From Vibrio vulnificus CMCP6 (lineage in GTDB: Bacteria > Pseudomonadota > Gammaproteobacteria > Enterobacterales > Vibrionaceae): 32,000 nucleotides of DNA. Of the stretch, positions 1 to 7,963 are shown one piece after another (position 1 is the stretch's first letter; the number at the start of each line of letters is the position of its first letter). The position numbers and the translations under genes were made by a program. The stretch covers positions 420,001 to 452,000 of the forward strand of contig NC_004460.2 of NCBI RefSeq assembly GCF_000039765.1, in the 5' to 3' direction. The notes under the pieces were generated by a model. It did no database searches. It saw only the letters and a list, made by a program, of their open reading frames with translations, and had not been told where the DNA came from.

Positions 1-269
1 CCTGCCAGCATGTGCGCGCCATCCAGTTCACCATCAATCACGCGATCGAGCAGCACCTTCCAGTTGGCCTGCGCTTCTAGCGTCACATACAGCCCTTCAT
101 CCTCAAAAAATCCTTTTTCATAAGCGATCGCCAACGGTGCCATGTCGGTCAATTTGATAAAGCCAAACTTTAAGTCCTCTTTTTCAGCCTCGCCGACTTC
201 TGCGAGTACAACCGGTGAAGCAAACGCCAACCAACTTGTTAATACGCCAACTGTCCATCTCTTTTTCAT
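1..269 (-). CDS. Nitrate ABC transporter periplasmic substrate-binding protein (NrtA/NasF-like), 5' part only; runs off the window start
   Basis: My minus-strand translation from ATG at 269..267: [89 protein letters not shown]. It has a signal peptide and an NrtA-like N-terminus ([26 protein letters not shown]). Confidence 0.85.
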   Translation of the reverse strand, partial: MKKRWTVGVLTSWLAFASPVVLAEVGEAEKEDLKFGFIKLTDMAPLAIAYEKGFFEDEGLYVTLEAQANWKVLLDRVIDGELDGAHMLA

Positions 270-280
270 CGATTTTCTCC

Positions 281-317
281 AAAAAAAAAGCGCCACGACT
301 CCGAGGAGTCGTAGCGC
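281..317 (-). terminator. Intrinsic terminator / attenuator in the leader of the nitrate-binding protein gene
   Basis: Minus strand reads GCGCTACGACTCC-TC-GGAGTCGTGGCGC followed by TTTTTTTTT. The stem is 13 positions with one mismatch and a short loop. It sits about 12 nt before the ATG of the gene it would attenuate. Confidence 0.85.
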
Positions 318-389
318 CGTTGCTTTCTCTGCAATTACCGCCGTTGATAATTGAGATTCGCCATTCAACAATGTGTCTAAATAAAGCTA

Positions 390-405
390 TTCAATTAGTG
401 TGCCA
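390..405 (-). promoter_or_regulatory. Candidate sigma54 promoter
   Basis: Minus strand TGGCACACTAATTGAA versus consensus TGGCACRNNNNTTGCW. There is one mismatch at the -12 C, and GG-to-G(C) spacing is correct. Confidence 0.55.
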
Positions 406-534
406 ACGATATATTTACATAAAATCAGTACGTTATCGTTATGTTCTTTGCTGCTTCCTGCATCACTGCTTTGATTTAGTGCACGTCGCACCAATTGCAC
501 TTTTTTCTCTTACCCCCAAAGTAGTAGAACAACC

Positions 535-1119
535 TTACAGTGTGGTTAACGTCGCAATCACGTTTTTCGCAACTTGCAGCATGGGTTGACTGGTTTGCAT
601 CGCGGAACGACGCATCGCTTGATAGGCGGTTTCTTCGTCCACTTGTTGAAACTTCATCAGTAGACCTTTGGCTTTTTCAATCACTTTTCGCTCTTGCAAT
701 TTGTCATTTAAAAGCGCCACTTTCTCCTCCACCAGCAAGTAACTTTCTCTTAGTTGCGCGGCGTAGTCGATCCAAGGCGCTAAAGGCAAAGTGTTTTCTT
801 CTGGTAAAAACACACAGTCGTGGCAATCTTTTAACTGATTGAATTGGTGAGCAAAAACTTGGCGAAACAAGACCAACACCGGCCGCTTTTGTTGACGGCA
901 ATACTCAATGATCAACCGCACTTCGGCGCAAGGGGCGGACCACCCGACGACGACGCAGCTTTCCGCTTCTCGCCGCAGGATGTGTTCCAATTGCCCTAGC
1001 TGACACCCGAGCACTTGGTCATATTCTTTCGCCAATCGCTCTGCTAAATGCGCTTGTTGTGTTAATGAATCGCAGCAAACAATCATCGTCCTTTGATAAG
1101 ACTTTTTCGTCATAGACAT
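535..1119 (-). CDS. nasT: ANTAR-domain RNA-binding antiterminator, NasT-like
   Basis: C-terminus ERKVIEKAKGLLMKFQQVDEETAYQAMRRSAMQTSQPMLQVAKNVI matches the ANTAR pattern. The N-terminus resembles a degenerate receiver domain. The gene is adjacent to nitrate assimilation genes. Confidence 0.85.
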   Translation of the reverse strand: MSMTKKSYQRTMIVCCDSLTQQAHLAERLAKEYDQVLGCQLGQLEHILRREAESCVVVGWSAPCAEVRLIIEYCRQQKRPVLVLFRQVFAHQFNQLKDCHDCVFLPEENTLPLAPWIDYAAQLRESYLLVEEKVALLNDKLQERKVIEKAKGLLMKFQQVDEETAYQAMRRSAMQTSQPMLQVAKNVIATLTTL

Positions 1120-1271
1120 TCCTTGTCGTTTTCGTTATTTCACTATGACATAACAAGGAATGTGCCACCTTGGGGAACGGGCCCATCGATAGCGCACAAA
1201 TAGTGCAAAAAGAACAGCCAAGGCAGACTGACCTTGGCCGTGTGGATTAATGGATTCGTGGCAATGCGCCA

Positions 1272-2177
1272 CTAGGATTTGAGCTCGCGACGGAAAAACT
1301 CCACGGTTCTTTGCCAAGCCAACTCTGCCTCTTCTGGCGCATAACGGGCGGTCGAGTCGTTATGAAAGCCATGATTGACCTTCGGATAGATGAAGGCGTT
1401 GTAGCGAGCATTAATGGCTTTTAAATCTTGCTCATAGTCAGGCCAAGTGGCATTCACTCGTTGGTCGAGTTCGGCGAAATGGAGTTGAAGGGGCGCTTTG
1501 ATGTCGGCTCGTAACGATTTGTCTGCTGGCGTGCCATAAAACGGTACCCCAGCATTTAACTGTTCACCCATAACGGCCGCCAACATGTTCACCACATAGC
1601 CGCCAAAACAGAAACCAACCGCTCCTAGCTTGCCATTGCTCAGAGTATGCGTTTTGAGGTATTGCGCCGCGGCGATGAAATCTTGCTCTATTTTTGCTCT
1701 ATCGAGGTTCTTTTGCAGCTCACGGCCTTGGTCATCATTACCCGGATAACCGCCGACAGGCGCTAATGCATCCGGTGCAAAAGCGACAAACCCCTGCTTG
1801 GCTAAACGGCGTGCGACATCTTTGATGTAGGGGTTGAGGCCACGATTTTCATGCACCACGAGCACCACTGGTAGCGGCGTGGTCAGTTGCGTTGGCACCA
1901 CTAAATAGCCTTTGCCTTCGCCATGGCCTTTTGGTGAGGGGAACGTTTGATAACTGGCTTTGATATCGGGGTCATTAAACGACACTTGCTCCGCCTTTGC
2001 GTAATCCGGCAGCAGTGCCTCGGTTAATGTCGCAACGCTAAAGCCAAGCACCGCCAACCCGGCTAGGCGATTTAAAAACTCACGGCGGTCAATCTTGCCG
2101 TGCGCATACTCGTCATACCAATCAAAGGCTTCTTGTGGGATGGGTTGCTTTGTTGCTGAATTCGATGTTTTGCCAAC
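1272..2177 (-). CDS. Dienelactone hydrolase family protein, YghX-like
   Basis: Contains [59 protein letters not shown] nucleophile elbow and [11 protein letters not shown]. N-terminal RREFLNR followed by a hydrophobic stretch looks Tat-like. The ORF extends to 2210; MVGKTSNS at about 2177 is the more plausible start. Confidence 0.85.
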   Translation of the reverse strand, partial: [301 protein letters not shown]

Positions 2178-2309
2178 CATGGTGTTCACTCCTAGAAATG
2201 GAAAAGCCAAACGGGGGAAATAGGCACCGTTTGGCTTTAAAGATAGTTAACACCCTTGTATTCGACAAATATCCCCGCGCGGTAAGTTGCCGCGAACTAG
2301 GCTGCGATA

Positions 2310-3275
2310 CTAGGCCGAGATATTGACCGCCGCGCAGTATTGACGCCAAAAATCATGCGCCTTTTCCAGTGCCGCTTCTCGATCTTGCAGTTCGGTAAAC
2401 AGCAGCGCGGCTAAGGTTGCCACGATGGTGTTGGCCATCAGGTTCTTCTCGTCGTCCGGCGTTGCAAACGGACAGTTCTGCACAATCGCGATGTCTGAGC
2501 ACATTTGCTCAGTCCAATAATGAGAGGTGACCCCTTCCTGACCACTGAACCACACGGTTTGGCTCACTTTGGGATTAAACTCCGACTCTCCCGACTGGCC
2601 TTTAAATGAGATCACGCCGTGCTCGGTATAGCCAATTTCATCTTCCACTTCCGCGTGCAACTGCTGGAACCCGGGATGGAAACTGCCACGCAGGCCGATT
2701 TTCGCCCCGCCTGGGTTAAGCGCTCGAACCACGGTGTTGATCGGTGTTCTCAGACCATAACGGCTTTTCCAACCAATCATTTTCTCCGCCATCGGCGCAA
2801 AATTTCGCAGCGGCAGATAAACGATACCATCTTGCTCAAGCACTGTTTTCGCTTCTTGCGTAGAGCCCGCCTCACGCACACCTACCGCCTCTAAATAATG
2901 CTCTGCATGTTCACGCCCTGCGGGTTTGTCGTTGTATCCGTGGAGCAAAACTTTGTAGCCATTATTGGCAAAAATTTTTGCCGCAAGAAGATGCCAAGGC
3001 TTACCCGCAGAGGCGCGTTTTCCCGCATAACAAGGCCAATCAATATCTGCACCAAGGTTAGGTACTCGACTTTGGAAAGCTTTAACAAATCCCGCGATCT
3101 CTTGGCGAGTCTCATTTTGTACGCGGATCAGCATCAGCAGCATCGCCATCTGGTCATCACCCACTTGACCATCGAGATACTCATCCATGACTTGATAGGC
3201 TTGTTCAAACGTCAGGGGTTTGCGTCCACGCTCACCGCGTCCAACCGTGCGGATACATTCCAAAATTGTGCTCAT
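2310..3275 (-). CDS. Anthranilate phosphoribosyltransferase-like family protein (YbiB-like)
   Basis: Sequence such as RTVGRGERGRKPLTFEQAYQVMDEYLDGQVGDDQMAMLLMLIRVQNETRQEIAGF, GLRTPINTVVRALNPGGAKIGLRGSFHPGF and GQSGESEF resembles the TrpD-fold YbiB family. Confidence 0.75.
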   Translation of the reverse strand: MSTILECIRTVGRGERGRKPLTFEQAYQVMDEYLDGQVGDDQMAMLLMLIRVQNETRQEIAGFVKAFQSRVPNLGADIDWPCYAGKRASAGKPWHLLAAKIFANNGYKVLLHGYNDKPAGREHAEHYLEAVGVREAGSTQEAKTVLEQDGIVYLPLRNFAPMAEKMIGWKSRYGLRTPINTVVRALNPGGAKIGLRGSFHPGFQQLHAEVEDEIGYTEHGVISFKGQSGESEFNPKVSQTVWFSGQEGVTSHYWTEQMCSDIAIVQNCPFATPDDEKNLMANTIVATLAALLFTELQDREAALEKAHDFWRQYCAAVNISA

Positions 3276-3341
3276 ACTTCCTCGTTGTTCTTTTGCTGCT
3301 TAGCTGCGGTCGTCCTTCTGGCTGCGACACTCATTCATCAA

Positions 3342-4235
3342 TCACTCATTAACAAATGAGGCGTTAGCCATGGGCGCGACTGCCGCAAGGGTGGTCTTTA
3401 ATCTTTCCCGCAGTTTGACGACTTCCCCCATAATGATCAATGCCGGACTCACCCCTTTTAGCGCCACTGCTGTTTTTTCCAACGTGGCCAGGGTTGTCAC
3501 GTACGTTTTCTGCTCAGGTGTCGAACCTTGCGTCACGATCGCAACGGGAAAATCTGCACGAACCCCCTGCCCGAGCAAGCCTTGCTCGATCGCGCGTGCC
3601 GATTCCAACCCCATGTAAAACACCAATGTTTGCCCCGCTTCAACAATTGCAGACCAAGCAGGAAGTGACCCCGTCACCACAGTGCCAGTCACGAGCGTGA
3701 CACTGCGCGCAACTTCTCGGTGTGTGAGCGGAATGGCACAGCTCGCCGCGCAGCCGATGGCCGCCGTGATGCCGGGAACCACACAGTAATGAATGTTGTG
3801 CTCAACCAGCGCTAACGCCTCTTCGCCGCCACGGCCAAAGATGAAGGGGTCACCCCCTTTGAGCCGAACGATTTTGCGTCCAAGTTGCGCAAAGCTGACG
3901 AGGATCTGATTGATCTCATCTTGCTTTAGACTCGGCTCACCACAGCGTTTACCCACATAAATTTTGTCCACGTGCTCTGGCACCAGTGCCAGAATTTCTT
4001 TGCTGACCAAGCGGTCATAAACCAACAGATCGCACTGTTGCAGCGCGTTGACCGCCTTCACCGTCAGCATTTCCGGATCGCCCGGCCCTGCGCCGACTAA
4101 GTAGACAAAACCCGATGCGGCCATCCCTGTTGACGTTGGGCGATTCTTGGCTTGCAACCTGCGTGATGAGTGGTAACTAATCGCATGTTCGCTATAGCTG
4201 CGATCGCGTAATTGAGTGCTGATGCTTGTATCCAT
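3342..4235 (-). CDS. cobA: Uroporphyrinogen-III C-methyltransferase (SUMT)
   Basis: Contains VYLVGAGPGDPEMLTVKAVNALQQCDLLVYDRLVS, KIVRLKGGDPFIFGRGGEEAL and GITAAIGCAASCAIPLTHR. The ORF extends to 4340, but ATG at 4235 (MDTSISTQ) avoids overlap with nasA. Confidence 0.93.
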   Translation of the reverse strand: MDTSISTQLRDRSYSEHAISYHSSRRLQAKNRPTSTGMAASGFVYLVGAGPGDPEMLTVKAVNALQQCDLLVYDRLVSKEILALVPEHVDKIYVGKRCGEPSLKQDEINQILVSFAQLGRKIVRLKGGDPFIFGRGGEEALALVEHNIHYCVVPGITAAIGCAASCAIPLTHREVARSVTLVTGTVVTGSLPAWSAIVEAGQTLVFYMGLESARAIEQGLLGQGVRADFPVAIVTQGSTPEQKTYVTTLATLEKTAVALKGVSPALIIMGEVVKLRERLKTTLAAVAPMANASFVNE

Positions 4236-4261
4236 AATGCTTTCCTTCGTTGCCGAGTGGA

Positions 4262-6907
4262 TTAACGGCTTGGCTGCGCGATGGCAGGGGCAAAATATTG
4301 TTTGAGCTGCGGGATGCACGACCCGCAATTGGTTCCACACTGGAGCTGGTTTTGCAATTGCGTCAGCGTGGTCACGCCCTTTTGCTCAATCGCTTGTTCT
4401 ATTTGCCTGTCCGTCACGCGCAGACAACTGCACACAAGCTGGCTAACTCGTGTGGCGAAGCCCGCTTGCATCAGTGCTTGCCAGTTGATGGGTTCACCAA
4501 TGAGCTTTTGTAACTGTTGATAGTCCGCTTTGAGTGGCTGTGACGAGGCGATGAAGATCGCTTGTAACTTGGCTTGGTTTGCTTCGTCTGTGTCACTTTG
4601 CAGTTGCAGTGTGATCCAACCGAGTTCATGCTGCCAACTCACGCGGCGAACCTGACTACCCGGCGGCAGATTTATCTCCGCCAGTTGCTGTGGTGGCAGC
4701 GTTAAGCTTGCAACGCGCCATACTCCGGATTGGTCTTGATGTTGGTATGCGCAATAGTCTGTTGCTATCGCAGGCGAGAAATCGCTGATCATCACACCAA
4801 AGCTGACGACCGGTGCTTTTTCTACCTCAACAAGGCTGGATTTAAACGCAGGCTGGCCCGAAATAGGGTCGCCCGAGGCACTGACCACAGCGTTGACTTG
4901 GCTCTGACCGCCATAGCGCCCAGCCCAATGCATGGACATAAACAGCTCACCAAACGCCATCGACTCATCAATGACCACCTTAGCCAACAGGGATTGCAGA
5001 GTGTCGGGATTGGTGATGTTTGCCAGCTCTCCTGCTTGCAGTTCAAGCTTTCCAGCCGACAGACGATTTAGATAGACGGAAGGCTCAAGCTCGCTTGCGG
5101 CCAGTTTCTCAATGTGACCCGTGCGTGTCATGGTATGCCATTGATCACGCTGACGTCCGCTATTTAAGCGCCAGAGTCCACGGCCAATTGACTCATCACG
5201 GCTGTTTGCCAACTCCGTCATGGCAACGAATCTGGCTTTGCCATCGGGATGAGAAAAACGACCATCCGCGTAGGGTGACTCTCCTCCCCATTGGGTTGGG
5301 CGCCACTGTTCGTAGGCTTCGTCACTGAGATTCTGATATTGAGCGAGATCCAACTTGTAATGGCTGTCACTATTGATGGCCGTGAGCCCTGCAAACTCAC
5401 GGAAAATCGCCGCTTCAGATTCAAACGCAAAGCCATTTTTCGCCTGCAACTTTAGCGATAAACGCGCGCCTACTTCACAGATGGCTTGCCAATCGGGTTT
5501 GGCTTCTCCTGGCGGGGAGATAAATCGACGCTGACGCGACATTCGCCGCTCAGAATTGGTGACCATGCCTTGCTTTTCTCCCCATCCAGCGGCGGGTAGC
5601 AACAAATCAGCGTAGTGTGCAACGTCTGAATCGGCAGTGATGTCTGACACAATCACACACGGGCATCGTTCGAGCGCTTGGCGTATCCATCGGTTATCAG
5701 GCATTGAAACCACCGGATTGGTGGCCATGATCCACAACACTTTGATTTCCCCTCGCTCGACAGCCTTAAACAGATCTAGCGCTTTTAAGCCGGGTTGTTC
5801 TGCAATGCGAGGCGATTGCCAAAACTGCTGCACAGCACGGATGGAATCAGGATCAAAACCTCGGTGAGCCGCCAACTGATTAGCGAGCCCACCCACTTCT
5901 CGTCCCCCCATGGCATTGGGCTGGCCCGTCAACGAAAAGGGCCCTGCGCCGCGCTTACCAATTTGCCCTGTGGCGAGATGTGCATTGATGATGGCATTGG
6001 CTTTATCCACCCCGTTTTGCGCTTGATTGACCCCTTGGCAAAACAGCGTCATCGTCGCGTTGCTGCGTGAAAACCATTGATAGAAAGTGCGCAGCGCTTG
6101 AATGTCGATGCCACAGTGAGACGCAACTTGCTCCAATTGATATGCCCCGCTCGAAACCAAAGCCTGTAGCGCGGCAAACCCTTGGGTATGTAACTCAATG
6201 AACTCGGTATCGATGCCCTTGTCACTGCCTTGCTGCTCGAGCAAATAAGCAAGCAAACCATGAAACAAGCTGACATCGCTGTCATTGGCGATGGGCAAAT
6301 GCAGGTCCGCTTGCTCGGCGGTGACGGTTTTACGTGGATCAATCACCACCAACTTGACGTTTGGATTGTTCTCACGGATCTGCTGAATACGGCGAAACAA
6401 CACGGGATGGGTCCACGCCGTGTTGGCACCACTGATCACGATCAGCTCCGCATGTTCGAGATCGTCATAACTCACGGGGACGACATCTTCACCAAAAGCT
6501 CGCACATGAGCGGCGACCGCAGAGGACATACATAAGCGCGAGTTGGTGTCGATGTTTGCGCTGCCCACATAGCCCTTCATCAACTTATTGGCAACGTAGT
6601 AGTCTTCGGTCAGCAATTGCCCTGATACGTACATGGCGACGGAATCCGGACCGTATTCTTCCATTGCCTGATGAAATCGCTGCGCAATCCAATCGCTTGC
6701 CAGCTCCCAACTGACTTGCTCACCCGAGAGCTTGGGGTAAAGCAAACGGCTCGGCATGTTTAAACTCTCCGCCAACGCCGCGCCTTTGACGCACAATGCG
6801 CCATGATTGGCAGGATGTTCTTTGTCTCCCACCAGCTCATCTGGCTTCACCTCCACACCACAACCTACCCCACAGTAAGGACACGTTGTTTTGCTGCATC
6901 CATGCAT
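4262..6907 (-). CDS. nasA: Assimilatory nitrate reductase catalytic subunit
   Basis: N-terminal CPYCGVGCGVEV 4Fe-4S motif, molybdopterin oxidoreductase core (LCMSSAVAAH, GQPNAMGGREVGGLANQLAAHR) and a C-terminal BFD-like cysteine module (CSCLRVTD...CGTNCGSCIPQL). Confidence 0.95.
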   Translation of the reverse strand: MHGCSKTTCPYCGVGCGVEVKPDELVGDKEHPANHGALCVKGAALAESLNMPSRLLYPKLSGEQVSWELASDWIAQRFHQAMEEYGPDSVAMYVSGQLLTEDYYVANKLMKGYVGSANIDTNSRLCMSSAVAAHVRAFGEDVVPVSYDDLEHAELIVISGANTAWTHPVLFRRIQQIRENNPNVKLVVIDPRKTVTAEQADLHLPIANDSDVSLFHGLLAYLLEQQGSDKGIDTEFIELHTQGFAALQALVSSGAYQLEQVASHCGIDIQALRTFYQWFSRSNATMTLFCQGVNQAQNGVDKANAIINAHLATGQIGKRGAGPFSLTGQPNAMGGREVGGLANQLAAHRGFDPDSIRAVQQFWQSPRIAEQPGLKALDLFKAVERGEIKVLWIMATNPVVSMPDNRWIRQALERCPCVIVSDITADSDVAHYADLLLPAAGWGEKQGMVTNSERRMSRQRRFISPPGEAKPDWQAICEVGARLSLKLQAKNGFAFESEAAIFREFAGLTAINSDSHYKLDLAQYQNLSDEAYEQWRPTQWGGESPYADGRFSHPDGKARFVAMTELANSRDESIGRGLWRLNSGRQRDQWHTMTRTGHIEKLAASELEPSVYLNRLSAGKLELQAGELANITNPDTLQSLLAKVVIDESMAFGELFMSMHWAGRYGGQSQVNAVVSASGDPISGQPAFKSSLVEVEKAPVVSFGVMISDFSPAIATDYCAYQHQDQSGVWRVASLTLPPQQLAEINLPPGSQVRRVSWQHELGWITLQLQSDTDEANQAKLQAIFIASSQPLKADYQQLQKLIGEPINWQALMQAGFATRVSQLVCSCLRVTDRQIEQAIEQKGVTTLTQLQNQLQCGTNCGSCIPQLKQYFAPAIAQPSR

Positions 6908-6926
6908 AGATAACTCCTTTAAAATG

Positions 6927-6958
6927 AAAAAAGCCCCTTCCGTTTCCAGAAGAGGCTT
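6927..6958 (-). terminator. Intrinsic terminator / attenuator in the nasA leader
   Basis: Minus strand AAGCCTCTTC-TGGAAACG-GAAGGGGCTT followed by TTTT, about 20 nt before the nasA ATG and in the direction of nasA transcription. 10-bp stem with one G.U pair. Confidence 0.8.
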
Positions 6959-7018
6959 CGTTGCCGTGACGTTGCTTAGTTTGTTTTATTGTTCAGCGCG
7001 TGACTGCAAAAGAGCAAT

Positions 7019-7034
7019 TGCAAACCAAGTGCCA
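7019..7034 (-). promoter_or_regulatory. Candidate sigma54 promoter of nasA
   Basis: Minus strand TGGCACTTGGTTTGCA. TGGCAC, TTGCA and the spacing match the -24/-12 consensus; the R position is T. Confidence 0.8.
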
Positions 7035-7097
7035 AACCAAACAGTGTAATCATTTCAATCAATTAGCTCACAGTTATCGCGATACTCATGTTGATAA

Positions 7098-7114
7098 TGC
7101 ACAATGGCGGTGCA
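7098..7114 (-). promoter_or_regulatory. Candidate NtrC (NR-I) enhancer site upstream of nasA
   Basis: Minus strand TGCACCGCCATTGTGCA, i.e. TGCAC-N7-GTGCA, about 65 bp upstream of the -24 element. A larger inverted repeat (GGTGCACAAT...ATTGTGCACC) overlaps it at about 7110..7137. Confidence 0.6.
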
Positions 7115-7124
7115 CAATGTTGCC

Positions 7125-7607
7125 TTATTGTGCACCTGTAGAGGCAGGGTTAAGCGCTGTACGACACATCACCAAACGGCTTTCACCATCATCAAAATAG
7201 TTTTCTTCCTCAATGAGGATTTCAAAGCCACAGGATTGATAGATGGCGCGCGCTGGCAGATTGTCTGGCGCAACCGTCAAATAGATTTTTTGGTAATGCG
7301 ACTGACGCGCTAGCGCATACTTCACCAATTTTTTGGCAATTCCTCGCCCTTGGTAAGCTGGCGATACTGCCAACGACAGCATCCAAGCTTCATTGCACTT
7401 GTCTGCCTTAGGTACAATCAGCACATACCCCGCAATCTGATGTTCACACTCAGCCACAATAAAACCACTACGCCAGCAATCATAAGCTTGACGTAAAAAG
7501 AACGCAGGATAACCGTGTTGAGCGAATAACTGTTTTTCCATCGCCTCGATATCGGGCAATTGTGAACGTTGGATATTTGAAAAAGAAAGACTCATCTCGT
7601 TCGCCAA
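7125..7607 (-). CDS. GNAT family N-acetyltransferase
   Basis: Acetyl-CoA binding signature LAVSPAYQGRGIAKKLVKYAL and C-terminal DNLPARAIYQSCGFEILIEEENYF. Confidence 0.88.
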   Translation of the reverse strand: MANEMSLSFSNIQRSQLPDIEAMEKQLFAQHGYPAFFLRQAYDCWRSGFIVAECEHQIAGYVLIVPKADKCNEAWMLSLAVSPAYQGRGIAKKLVKYALARQSHYQKIYLTVAPDNLPARAIYQSCGFEILIEEENYFDDGESRLVMCRTALNPASTGAQ

Positions 7608-7963
7608 GAAAGGGTTAATGGCCGTAACCTTAACCGAGAGCGCAAGTGATGACTAGCTCTAGATGCATACAAAAAGTGATGTTGATCAATTCGTTTAAAT
7701 ACAACAACTTGCATTAACACAAATTGTACATTTGGCAAAGTGTGCAAAATAAATGCAAGTGCACAATTTTATAAATCCCACCCCTACACAGTGTGATTTA
7801 GCTTCCGCACACCTATTAATGACATTCATATTATTTATGGATTTTTTATTATTAATGATGCCGAGCTACTAAGCGTTGTTGCTTAAAGTCACACCGTTAA
7901 AGCGACCACACTTCACGCAGGCAAACCCTTTTGAAGTCATACCGATAATAAGAGACATACCCT

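Noticed and set aside
4730-6535. Plus-strand ORFs inside nasA
   Set aside because: They are antisense to a highly conserved reductase gene. The translations have no resemblance to known families.
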